DNA of 64,000 nt from contig CAVYYI010000003.1 of the NCBI GenBank assembly GCA_963772725.1, forward strand, positions 288,001 through 352,000, read 5' to 3'. Under the pieces are notes generated by a model. The model saw only the letters and a list, made by a program, of their open reading frames with translations, was not told where the DNA came from and did no database searches. A program made the translations under genes and the position numbers. Below are positions 19,875 to 29,400 of this stretch, in pieces. This DNA is from an uncultured Phycisphaerales bacterium (GTDB lineage Bacteria > Planctomycetota > Phycisphaerae > Sedimentisphaerales > Anaerobacaceae). Within the stretch, counting starts at the first letter, position 1. Each line of letters opens with the position of its first letter.

Positions 19875-21011
19875 TTAATCACGGCTCATAGCGTCTGTAA
19901 ATGTGCCAATATTGTTGGACCATTTCTGCGCCTCCTGCAAGTCAACCTTTCCATCCTTTACAAGCCTTGCCAGATGCGCGTCCAGCGTTAACATATTCTC
20001 GTCAGGCCTGTTTTTCGTCTTGGTTTGAAGTTGCGAATATATCTGCTCCACTTTGCCGGTGCGTATCAGGTTTGCGCAGGCGTAATTATTATTCAATATC
20101 TCCATCGCTATTATTCTGCCGGTTCCGTCCTTTTTCGGAACAAGCTTTTGACTAATCACATATTTAAGGCTCAGTGACAACTGGTTCTGCACCTCCTGCT
20201 GCCTGCCGGAAGGAAAATAATCGAGTATCCTTGTTACCGACCCCGTCGTATCTCGCGTATGCAGCGTGGAAAAAACCAGGTGGCCGGTCTCCGCCGCCAT
20301 TAGCGTCATTGAAATCGTCTCCTGGTCGCGCATCTCGCCGACAAAAATGATATCCGGGTCTTCACGCATCATCGACCGCAGGCCATCCACAAACGATTTC
20401 ACATCTTTGCCGATTTCTCGCTGACTGATTATCGAGTGTTTCTGCGGATAAATATATTCGATGGGGTCTTCCAGCGTAATAATCCGGCACGCTTTTTTCT
20501 CGCTGATTCTATCTATGAGGGAGGCTATCGTTGTGGATTTGCCCGCGCCAGTAATACCCGTTACAAGTATCAGTCCATGGTTACGATTGACAATATCCTG
20601 CCAGACGGTATTTGGAAAGCCGATGGTTTCAATTTTTGGGATGTTCAGTGACAAAGCGCGTATGGCGGCACAAATTCCATCATTTTCCTTAAAAATGTTT
20701 ATTCGGAACTGTAGCGAACCTACCCTGTACGATGAGTCCACAGTGTAATTGGCTTGGTATCTCTTCAGATTGTCATCGCTCAGCAGCGGACAAATAAGCA
20801 GCTTGGCAGTCTCCTCAGTCAGCATAGGCCCTTTGAGTTTAACCAGGTCGCCATCAATGCGGTAGGTCGGCGGTGCGCCAACCTTGAGATGAAGGTCGGA
20901 TACCCGCATTGCCCCCTTCTCCTGAAAGTACGCCAGCATATCGAGAATGCTCAGCAAACCGCTGTTTTCGCTCTCATAAACCTTTACGCTCGGCAGGTAT
21001 CCTTCGGACAT
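19875..21011 (-). CDS. pilT: PilT/PilU-family type IV pilus retraction ATPase
   Basis: SDLHLKVGAPP, Walker A GITGAGKST, TLEDPIE, EDPDIIFVGEMRD, AETGHLVFSTLHT. Confidence 0.88.
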   Translation of the reverse strand: MSEGYLPSVKVYESENSGLLSILDMLAYFQEKGAMRVSDLHLKVGAPPTYRIDGDLVKLKGPMLTEETAKLLICPLLSDDNLKRYQANYTVDSSYRVGSLQFRINIFKENDGICAAIRALSLNIPKIETIGFPNTVWQDIVNRNHGLILVTGITGAGKSTTIASLIDRISEKKACRIITLEDPIEYIYPQKHSIISQREIGKDVKSFVDGLRSMMREDPDIIFVGEMRDQETISMTLMAAETGHLVFSTLHTRDTTGSVTRILDYFPSGRQQEVQNQLSLSLKYVISQKLVPKKDGTGRIIAMEILNNNYACANLIRTGKVEQIYSQLQTKTKNRPDENMLTLDAHLARLVKDGKVDLQEAQKWSNNIGTFTDAMSRD

Positions 21012-21064
21012 AAAAGTCCTCCGTTTCGCTTCAAAAAAACTTCAAGCTTTATTTTATAATGGCC

Positions 21065-21094
21065 TATTATAAAAAGATACCTTGCGTAACGCAA
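21065..21094 (-). promoter_or_regulatory. Putative sigma70 promoter of pilT overlapped by palindromes
   Basis: Minus strand TTGCGT-N17-TATAAT. Confidence 0.55.
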
Positions 21095-21117
21095 CCGCCA
21101 AAATATGCCGGTTGAGG

Positions 21118-21597
21118 TCAAGAGCGAATGTTTCTTTGCGTTAAAAAGTCTCTTAACTGACTTAAAAAGCCTTTTTGTCCCTTTAATATTTTGCTTTCAG
21201 CCTCCTTTAATCCGAACCACTGACCGCGGTCAACTTCGGGGAATTCCTGGGATTTGCCTGATTTTGGGGGCCATTCCATTGAAAAATAATTGCTTTTGAC
21301 TTTTGCCGCGTCAAAATAGCCCTCGATTGCCCATGCGCTGACGATTTTTCCGCTCGGCTGTTTGATTGATTTAAGTTCTATTATTTTACCGCCCGGCACA
21401 TCAAAGCCCGTCTCTTCCCTGAATTCTCTCTTAGCCGCATCTAACGCCTCTTCATTTTCTGTATATTGCCCCTTCGGCATCGACCACGCCCCGGCATCCT
21501 TTTTCTCCCAGAACGGTCCGCCGGGGTGCACGAGAAATACCTCTACCCCTCCCTCCTTGAACCGGTATATTAAAAGCCCTGCGCTTAACTTAGCCAT
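21118..21597 (-). CDS. NUDIX hydrolase
   Basis: HPGGPFW, Nudix box KGQYTENEEALDAAKREFREETG, EWPPKSG...FPEVDR. Confidence 0.92.
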   Translation of the reverse strand: MAKLSAGLLIYRFKEGGVEVFLVHPGGPFWEKKDAGAWSMPKGQYTENEEALDAAKREFREETGFDVPGGKIIELKSIKQPSGKIVSAWAIEGYFDAAKVKSNYFSMEWPPKSGKSQEFPEVDRGQWFGLKEAESKILKGQKGFLSQLRDFLTQRNIRS

Positions 21598-21721
21598 CGC
21601 ACTTCTCCTGCATCTTTAAGTTTTCGATACCGGAAAAACTTTAACTTATTGCCCGGATTTGATATAGTATAAGAAATTTTGCTTAAGGAATAAATTTTAA
21701 AAGCATGGATGAAATATCAGG

Positions 21722-22143
21722 ATGAATTATCATTTGGCAATTCTCAAGGCCCCATACCTTGATATGATACTCGACGGCAGAAAAACCATTGAATCGCGCT
21801 TCACCATGACAAAGCGTGAGCCATTCGGTCAAATCAGTCCAGACGACAAAATTCTGCTCAAAATAAGCAGCGGCCCGGTTTGCGCGGCGCAATTGTTGAC
21901 AGAGTCGAGGAATTTGATAACCTTACCCCTGGAAAGATTTTGAACCTGAAAGAAAAATATAATAATCTCATCCTCGGCGGCGATAACTACTGGCAAAGCA
22001 AAGCCGCCTGTAAATTCGGTGTGCTGGTCTGGCTAAAAAATGTCCGAACCATCAAGCCGGTAAGAATCGATAAAAAGGACTGGCGTGCATGGGTCGTTTT
22101 GACCGAACATAAAAACTTCGGCTTGAGTAAAGCTCTTGTGTAA
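21722..22143 (+). CDS. ASCH/PUA-like domain protein; frameshift near 21890
   Basis: HLAILKAPYLDMILDGRKTIESR (GxKxxExR); continues in ORF 21880 to RAWVVL. Confidence 0.78.
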
Positions 22144-22292
22144 GACCAAAAATTGAAAAAATAATGAGGTTGGTTTTCACATTTTCGCTGTTAATTTTTA
22201 GCAAAATAAGTGAAAATCTCCTGTTAAGATTAAAAAAATATGAAAAAAGTTCAGGTTAGAACCAATTTTATCAGTATCGCAAGGAGTAAAAA

Positions 22293-22745
22293 ATGACAAA
22301 GAAAATTATCATTGGAATCATTGTGGTGGTTGTTGCGGCAGCAATAATCATTTTAGTAATTTTAAATTCAGCTAAAAAGCAGGAACGTCCTAAAATGCCG
22401 CCATCACCCAATGAGCCGGCCAAAGCGGAATCAAATACCCCTGCGCAGCCGAGCCTGGAACAATTAAGGCAGCAGCGCTGCGCCGCAACACTGACGGAAC
22501 TGGACAGACCCTATCAGGAGAAGATTGCCAGCCTGAACGAGGCTCTGCGAAAAGCGCAACAGGAAAAAAACCAGCAGGAGGTAAATCAAATATCGGACCA
22601 GATAAAATTTCTTGAGCAGAGAAGAATTTCTCTTTTTACCCCCCAAGGTACTCCGCGAACAAGACCTGACGCTCAAAAAAGGAATCTCGCCGAGAGAATG
22701 AAAAAAGCTGTTACCGAACCCAATCAGCCGATTACGAGTCAATAA
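22293..22745 (+). CDS. Hypothetical membrane-anchored coiled-coil protein
   Basis: AGGAG SD, N-terminal TM helix, Pro-rich linker, Q/E/K-rich helix. Confidence 0.6.
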   Translation: MTKKIIIGIIVVVVAAAIIILVILNSAKKQERPKMPPSPNEPAKAESNTPAQPSLEQLRQQRCAATLTELDRPYQEKIASLNEALRKAQQEKNQQEVNQISDQIKFLEQRRISLFTPQGTPRTRPDAQKRNLAERMKKAVTEPNQPITSQ

Positions 22746-22925
22746 GTCTTATAATATTTGTGTGTATATAATTAATTGACGATGCGCACTTAACAATCCT
22801 TAGTTGAGCGCCGTAAATTCTTTTTCTTGAGTAATCAAAAATGGGAAGCAAGACGTATAAACTATTGCAAAATAAGCAGATACAACTGTTGTGTTGAAAA
22901 ATTTCGGCAGGAAAAATCGGCTTTA

Positions 22926-23474
22926 TTATCGCCATGTAACGGGGTAATAAATTGCATTTGATGGGATATCAAACTTTCTGTACAACTCTTCTACAAGAGC
23001 CTCAGTTCTCTTAACCTGAGAGTCGGTTGGAAATGTTATTTTGTCATCAGCTATTACACAGATTCTGATAGTCTGGTCGCTGCCGCGTACTTTTTTGGCT
23101 GGCAGGACTGACCACTGATTTTCCCATTTTTTCGTCTGCATTATCTGACCATCGGCGCCGCCCAGTCCGTTACAGATTACGAAGTGACAGTTGATATCGT
23201 CGGAATTCGCCAGCCCCCCGAGAGCAGCCAACTGTCCGATATTACCCGCCTTGGTGCCGCTGAAATAAACCTCGATGCTGTTCCATCGTGATGGTGACTG
23301 AACAGCATGCGAGCTGATTGCCTTGTTAATAGGATCGAGCCGATAATAAGCGCTCAGACAAAACGGACCCGCTGAAGGGGGATTATTACCAAGTGCCAGA
23401 AGAACCACAGCTCCTGTGGTCATTGACACCAACAACGCCGCCAAAACCTTAGCCACTCTTGGCTGATTTTTCAT
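22926..23474 (-). CDS. Degenerate Amidase_2/PGRP-like peptidoglycan-binding protein
   Basis: RWNSIEVYFSGT, CHFVICNGLGGADGQI, IRICVIAD, PTDSQVKRTEALVEELYRKFDIP resemble the Amidase_2 layout; N-terminal signal/TM segment. Confidence 0.6.
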   Translation of the reverse strand: MKNQPRVAKVLAALLVSMTTGAVVLLALGNNPPSAGPFCLSAYYRLDPINKAISSHAVQSPSRWNSIEVYFSGTKAGNIGQLAALGGLANSDDINCHFVICNGLGGADGQIMQTKKWENQWSVLPAKKVRGSDQTIRICVIADDKITFPTDSQVKRTEALVEELYRKFDIPSNAIYYPVTWR

Positions 23475-23749
23475 AAATTTATTTCTGAAGACCTTTCTAA
23501 AAACAAGAAGTAAATAAGACTGAAAGGGTTGCTCCCTTTATATAATGGACATCGGCGGTTGCCAACTAATTACTTAACATTTTATCATTTTTTTTTAATT
23601 TTTTTTCAATCGAGCTAATAACTGACTGTATAGAAGGAAAGTTTAAATAACATTTGATGAAATGCCAAATGAATCTGTCATTTTTTTTATCTCAACAATC
23701 CCGATGTTCCTCTTGCCAAATGCCGCCTTTTTCTTTAAGATTATCTCCG

Positions 23750-24494
23750 ATGGAACTAAAGGGCAAAACTGGGATAATCAGTGGTTCGAGCGGCCGATTG
23801 GGCGGTGCAATCGCACTGGCTCTTGCTCAGGCCGGCTGCAATTGTGTTTGCCATTATCACAGCGGCAGGCAAAAGGCCGATAAACTTGCCGAACAAATCA
23901 AAAAACTCGGCGTTAACACTATAACTGTCGGCGCCGATTTGAGCAGGCCTGAAGAAATAAAACTTTTTTTTGAAAAAGCCGCTGAATTGGGTACATCGCA
24001 GATTCTTATAAATTCTGCCGCCGTTTTTTCCCCGCCAATCTCTCGCGGAACTGACCTTTGGCGAAGCACAGAAGGTTATCACTATGAATCTGATTGTCCC
24101 GATTTTTATGAGCCGTGCATTCGCCGAAAAAATAACTGCCGCTTTTCCGAACAGCAAAACCGTCGTCGGCAAAATAATCAACATCTCGGACGTCGGAGGC
24201 ATAAGACCATGGGCCGGTTATGTCGCCTATTGCTCATCCAAAGCCGGTCTTATCGGCGCAACAAAGGCTCTGGCCAAAGAACTGTCCCCTGCGATTTGCG
24301 TCAATTCGGTCGCCCCCGGAATGGTAACCTGGCCGCAGAATTTCGACGAATCAAAAAAACAGCGGCAGCTCTCGTTAATCCCCGCCGGAAGAATTGCCGA
24401 ACCCGCCGAAATCGCCGAAGCGGTTATCTCGCTTCTCGAAAATGATTATATCACAGGCCAGGTGCTGAACGTTGACGGCGGCAGATGTATCTGA
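23750..24494 (+). CDS. Short-chain dehydrogenase (pteridine reductase-like); frameshift near 24030
   Basis: ISGSSGRLG, LINSAAVF, YCSSK (YxxxK), VNSVAPG, ITGQVLNVDGG. Confidence 0.85.
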
Positions 24495-24529
24495 CAAAAT
24501 AATATATGAGTTAATGTAAGGGAACCACT

Positions 24530-25159
24530 GTGAAATTAAACTGGGCCACTCGAATCACACTGTTAAGGATAATACTGATAATTCCATTTGTCAGTTTTAT
24601 GCTTAAAATAAATGACCCCGACGTGAGCCTGACTCTGCGCCACCTGGCACGCTACGCTGCAGCCCTGATTTTCCTGATTATGGCCGCCAGCGATGGTGTT
24701 GATGGCTATCTCGCTCGCAGAAAAGGACAGATTACCGCGCTGGGAACATTTCTCGACCCGCTGGCCGACAAGCTCCTGATGACCTGTACCTGTTTGCTGC
24801 TCGCCTCAAAGCAGGGCAGCGTGGACGGTTTCAAACTTCCGACAACCGTTGTGGTACTGATTATCAGTAAAGATTTGCTGCTGCTGCTCGGTTTTATCAT
24901 AGTTTATTTTGTTACCTCTCAAATCAAGATTGTTCCCGTCATGGTCGGCAAAACGGCTACCTTCCTGCAGCTCGCTATGGTCGGTGGAATACTCCTGGCC
25001 CCTGAAATTTCGCATATTATCCCCTTCTGGATTTGGTTCCTCCGCGCACTCTGGTGGTCTGCCGCAGGACTGGCTATTTGGGCCGGACTTATTTACATTC
25101 GCACCGGAAGTCGCTATATTGAGGAGTTTGAGCAGAATAGAAATATGAAAAATCAGTAA
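24530..25159 (+). CDS. pgsA: CDP-alcohol phosphatidyltransferase (PgsA-like)
   Basis: SDGVDGYLARRKGQITALGTFLDPLADK motif; multiple TM helices. Confidence 0.85.
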   Translation: MKLNWATRITLLRIILIIPFVSFMLKINDPDVSLTLRHLARYAAALIFLIMAASDGVDGYLARRKGQITALGTFLDPLADKLLMTCTCLLLASKQGSVDGFKLPTTVVVLIISKDLLLLLGFIIVYFVTSQIKIVPVMVGKTATFLQLAMVGGILLAPEISHIIPFWIWFLRALWWSAAGLAIWAGLIYIRTGSRYIEEFEQNRNMKNQ

Positions 25160-25185
25160 GTGTGAATGTATTTTGAGAGATAAAA

Positions 25186-26420
25186 ATGCAATTTAGTGAA
25201 ATCCCGGAGGTACTCGAAGACCTCATGCAGGGCAAAATAATAGTTCTCGTTGACGCCGAAGACCGCGAAAACGAGGGAGATTTGGTTTGTGCCGCCGAAA
25301 AAGTTACGCCTCAAATCATCAACTTTATGGCTAAATACGGCCGCGGTCTGATTTGTCTCCCGCTCACCGCCGAAAAATGCGATGCACTCGGCCTTTATCA
25401 GCAAACAATCGATAACACCGCTCGCTTCGGAACCGCTTTTACAGTCAGCATCGACGCCGCCGAAGGAATAGCCACCGGCATCAGCGCTGCCGACCGCGCA
25501 AAAACTATCAAAACCGCCATCGCCGATAACACCAAAGCGAGCGACCTTGTCAGGCCTGGGCATATTTTCCCCCTGCGTGCAGTTGAAGGAGGCGTTTTAG
25601 TACGAGCAGGACAAACAGAAGGTTCCGTCGATTTGGCACGCCTGGCCAAACTCAAACCCGCCGCCGTCATCTGCGAAATAATGAACGAAGATGGAACTAT
25701 GGCACGCGTTCCCGAGCTGCTTGATTTCTGCGAAAAGCACGGCCTGAAAATTGCTTCGATTGCCAAACTCATCGAGTACCGCCTCCAGCGAGAGAGCCAG
25801 ATTAAACGTGTCGAATCCGTCAACCTGCCCACCGACTACGGCGATTTCAAGCTAATCGGATATGAAAGCGTAACCTCCGCTGAACCGCACCTGGCATCTG
25901 TAAAGGCGGCGTCGGAGAACTCGATAAAAATGGAAGCCCCATCGAACACGATGAGCCGATTCTCGTCCGCGTCCATTCCGAGTGTATGACCGGCGACCTA
26001 TTTCATTCCCAGCGCTGCGAGTGCGGCTTCCAACTCATATCTGCTATGAAAATGATTGAAAAAGAAGGTAAAGGCGCCGTCGTCTATCTACGCCAGGAAG
26101 GCCGCGGTATCGGAATGGCCAACAAACTCCGCGCCTACAAACTTCAGGAGCAGGGACTCGATACCATCGATGCTAATCTCAAACTCGGCTTCAGCGCCGA
26201 CAAACGCGATTACGGTATCGGTGCGCAAATCTGCCGCGACCTCGGCATCCGGAAAATTCGCATACTCACGAACAACCCCAAAAAAATAAAACGCCTCGAA
26301 GTTTACGGTATAAAAGTTGTTGAACAGATACCGCTGCGGGCTAAACCCGGCAAACATAACATCGCCTACCTGAAAACCAAAAAACTTCGTCTGGGACATA
26401 TTCTCGATGAGGATTTATAA
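25186..26420 (+). CDS. ribBA: Bifunctional DHBP synthase / GTP cyclohydrolase II; frameshift near 25895
   Basis: [35 protein letters not shown] in the shifted frame, RCECG, QEGRGIG, TNNPKK. Confidence 0.93.
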
Positions 26421-26423
26421 CCT

Positions 26424-26921
26424 ATGAAAACGTCCTTAATATTATCGGGGTGTATTTGCGTCGGCTTTTTGCTGTCGGGCTGTCAGTCCGGGAACTCGGC
26501 ATTATCAGGAACGGGGCAGAACATCTATGCGCCGTACTACCCCGCCAAAGCCGGTATTCTGCCTTTAAGTGAGCTTACACGTTCAGATAAGGAACAAGGC
26601 AAATCAACATTAAAAGTCTACGTCAGTCTGCGGGATTCATTCGGTTCTCAGCAGAAAAATCCGGCAATATTCAGATTTGAATTGTACGAATATGTTCAAA
26701 GAAACGCAAGGCCTAAAGGCAAACGTATTTTCACCTGGCCCGATATCGACCTGATGGAATTCCCAAAAAATAGCCAATACTGGCGAGACCATCTCAGAGC
26801 CTATGAATTCACTCTCGCTCTCGATTCCGCGGACGCGAAAAGCTATGTCCTGCAAGTTACATGCCTGTGTCTAAACGGTAAAAGGCTTTCTGACGAATCC
26901 CTCGTTAAATACTCCAATTGA
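26424..26921 (+). CDS. Hypothetical lipoprotein
   Basis: Lipobox LSGC; follows ribBA directly. Confidence 0.65.
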   Translation: MKTSLILSGCICVGFLLSGCQSGNSALSGTGQNIYAPYYPAKAGILPLSELTRSDKEQGKSTLKVYVSLRDSFGSQQKNPAIFRFELYEYVQRNARPKGKRIFTWPDIDLMEFPKNSQYWRDHLRAYEFTLALDSADAKSYVLQVTCLCLNGKRLSDESLVKYSN

Positions 26922-27006
26922 TTATCTTCACTCAAGGGCACAAAGACCACAAAGAAAATTTTAGACGGGGTTTAACCCTGAATTGGTACAAACCAAAAAA
27001 GAGGCT

Positions 27007-27034
27007 TTGCGTTGCGTGATTATAATGTTATAAT
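27007..27034 (+). promoter_or_regulatory. Putative sigma70 promoter of lptB-def-fmt-rsmB
   Basis: TTGCGT-N16-TATAAT with extended TG. Confidence 0.55.
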
Positions 27035-27107
27035 ACGCTTGCCATTTATTGATTATTTAACCTGTGTTAAACTGAGAGCTTGCGATTAGAATTTTAGAGG
27101 TGATAAT

Positions 27108-27860
27108 TTGACAGACGGAATGACACTTCTTGAAACAGCCGGCCTGGTAAAGAAGTATTCAGGCAGAGTTGTTGTAAACGAGGTTTCCATCAAGATAGCT
27201 CAGCGGAGCATCGTTGGGCTTCTTGGACGCAACGGCGCGGGTAAAACCACGACTTTCCGGATGACGGTCGGGATGATAACGCCTGACTCTGGGACTGTGA
27301 TTTTTGAAGGGCATGATATAACGAAGCTGCCGATGTATAAGCGGGCAAGGCTTGGGATGGGGTACCTGTCGCAGGAGCCAAGCATCTTTCAGCGTCTTAC
27401 GGTGAGGGAGAACCTCAACGCAATTTTGGAAACGATGTCACTGACCAAAGCCGAGCGCGACCGTAAGGCGGATATGCTGATTGAGCGTTTTGCTCTGACA
27501 GAGGTAGCGAACAGCCAGGGGAGATTTCTTTCCGGCGGCGAACGCAGGAAACTTGAAATCGCCAGGGCGATGGTTACAGATCCCTCGCTGATACTTCTCG
27601 ATGAGCCTTTCAGCGGAGTTGACCCGATTACGGTTGAAAGTCTTCAGGAAGAGATTCGACGGCTGGTAAATTCGGGGATAAGTATTCTGATTACCGACCA
27701 CAACGTGGAAAGGACGCTTGAGGTTGTGGATAAGGCGTATATAATCGACCACGGCAAGGTGATAGGGGCCGGGACACCGGCGGAGATTATCCGCAATGAA
27801 ACAGTGAGGAAGCATTACCTGGGCAATACCTTCGCGGGCGATGAGTTCGATGACAATTAA
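27108..27860 (+). CDS. lptB: LPS export ABC transporter ATPase (start may be ATG 27120)
   Basis: GRNGAGKTT, LPMYKRARLGMGYLSQEPSIF, LSGGERR, LLDEPFSGVDP, ITDHNV, YLG. Confidence 0.93.
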   Translation: MTDGMTLLETAGLVKKYSGRVVVNEVSIKIAQRSIVGLLGRNGAGKTTTFRMTVGMITPDSGTVIFEGHDITKLPMYKRARLGMGYLSQEPSIFQRLTVRENLNAILETMSLTKAERDRKADMLIERFALTEVANSQGRFLSGGERRKLEIARAMVTDPSLILLDEPFSGVDPITVESLQEEIRRLVNSGISILITDHNVERTLEVVDKAYIIDHGKVIGAGTPAEIIRNETVRKHYLGNTFAGDEFDDN

Positions 27861-27909
27861 AAACATTGCTTAAGAACAATTGATGCGGAAATTTTGAGGG
27901 AGTAGAAAG

Positions 27910-28443
27910 ATGCCAGAAATAGATGTTGATAAATGCCGAATAACGCGTTATCCATCTGGAGTATTGGCGAGCAGTTCCAAGCCTGTTGACAAGATTGATG
28001 ACAATATCCGCAAACTTGTGGCGAAGATGACGGATATTATGATTGAGTATAAGGGTATCGGGCTTGCGGGGCCTCAGGCAGGAGTGCCGCTTAGGATTTT
28101 TATAATCTCTCTGGACGGGACGCGGGAAAAGGTGCGGGTTTATATCAATCCGACGGTTACACCCATTGGCGAAATTGACGCGATTGAAGAGGGATGTCTT
28201 TCGGTGCCGGGAGTTTACACGAAAATCAGCAGGTATAAAAAATGCAGCGTTACGGCTACTGACCTTGAGGGCAGGGAATTTACAGAAGAAGCGGACGGAC
28301 TTTATGCCAGAGCTCTGCAGCACGAATACGACCATATCGAGGGGACGACAATTGTGAACCGGATGGGTTCGGTGGCGAAAATCGCGCATCGCAAAAAGCT
28401 GAAAAAGCTTGTGGAAGAACACGAAAAAGCCGGAGAAGGTTAG
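27910..28443 (+). CDS. def: Peptide deformylase
   Basis: GIGLAGPQ, EGCLS, QHEYDH motifs. Confidence 0.96.
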   Translation: MPEIDVDKCRITRYPSGVLASSSKPVDKIDDNIRKLVAKMTDIMIEYKGIGLAGPQAGVPLRIFIISLDGTREKVRVYINPTVTPIGEIDAIEEGCLSVPGVYTKISRYKKCSVTATDLEGREFTEEADGLYARALQHEYDHIEGTTIVNRMGSVAKIAHRKKLKKLVEEHEKAGEG

Positions 28444-28446
28444 AAA

Positions 28447-29400
28447 ATGAAGATAGTTTATCTCGGCAGTGGGGAGTTCGGTCTTGATTGTTTGAACGGA
28501 CTTTTGCAGTCTCCGAATGGGGTGGAATTTGTTATTACACAGCCTTCGCAGCCTGCGGGGAGAGGGCAAAAAGAACGCCCGACACCTGTTGCGAAATGGG
28601 CGAAGGACAATTCTGTGCCGTTTGTGGAAACGGCTGATGTAAATAGCGCGGAGGTTGTTAAAAAGATAGCGGCGCTGGAGCCGGAACTTTTGGTGGTAAT
28701 CGCGTTTGGTCAGAAAATAGGGAAAGAGATTACGGCGATACCATGCAGAGGGGCGATAAATGTTCATTCGTCGCTTTTGCCGAAATACCGCGGCGCGGCG
28801 CCGATAAACTGGGCGATAATCAACGGTGAAAAAGAGACAGGGGTGAGTGTAATCACTGTGGCGGAAAAGATGGATGCTGGGAACATTTTGTCGCAGGCGA
28901 CAACCGCTATCGGCCAGGATGAGACAGCGGGCGAGCTTCACGACAGATTGGCAAAAATATCAGTACCGCTGCTTCTTGGAACGATAGAGAAAATCGCGGA
29001 TGGATCGGCAGTTTATACGCCGCAGGATGATTCGAAGGCGACGATGGCGAGGAAGCTGAAAAAATCGGACGGGTTTCTGGATTTTAGTGAGCCAGCGGAA
29101 ATTTTGCGGAGGAAAATACTGGGGCTTTGGCCCTGGCCGGGTGCGTCGGCGATTTATAAGGCTCAAAAAACCGGTAAATCTCTGAGAGCGGCTATTGCTG
29201 ACGCAGTGGTGATAACCAAGACAAATGCGGCTGGGGTCGTACCGGGGACTCTCGATGATGAGCTTAATGTTATTTGCGGGACAGATGCGCTTAGAATTAC
29301 GAAAATTAAGCCCTCAGGAGCGGAAGTTATGGCGTTCAGGGATTTTGTCAACGGCAGACACACCTGTCCAGGCGATATGTTTGCGAAAGTCGAGCAGTGA
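28447..29400 (+). CDS. fmt: Methionyl-tRNA formyltransferase
   Basis: PAGRG, NVHSSLLPKYRGAAPI, MDAG, WPWPGA. Confidence 0.95.
   Translation: MKIVYLGSGEFGLDCLNGLLQSPNGVEFVITQPSQPAGRGQKERPTPVAKWAKDNSVPFVETADVNSAEVVKKIAALEPELLVVIAFGQKIGKEITAIPCRGAINVHSSLLPKYRGAAPINWAIINGEKETGVSVITVAEKMDAGNILSQATTAIGQDETAGELHDRLAKISVPLLLGTIEKIADGSAVYTPQDDSKATMARKLKKSDGFLDFSEPAEILRRKILGLWPWPGASAIYKAQKTGKSLRAAIADAVVITKTNAAGVVPGTLDDELNVICGTDALRITKIKPSGAEVMAFRDFVNGRHTCPGDMFAKVEQ

Noticed and set aside
19793..19900. Genomic island integrated at tRNA-His
   Set aside because: No integrase and no duplicated tRNA 3' end noticed; pilT ends 7 bp after the tRNA
19669..19991. ORFs 19669-19866 and 19779-19991
   Set aside because: They overlap tRNA-His and pilT; spurious translations
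27787..28941. 384-aa minus-strand ORF
   Set aside because: Antisense shadow of lptB/def/fmt with no recognisable motifs; Arg/His/Phe-rich as expected from the skewed strand
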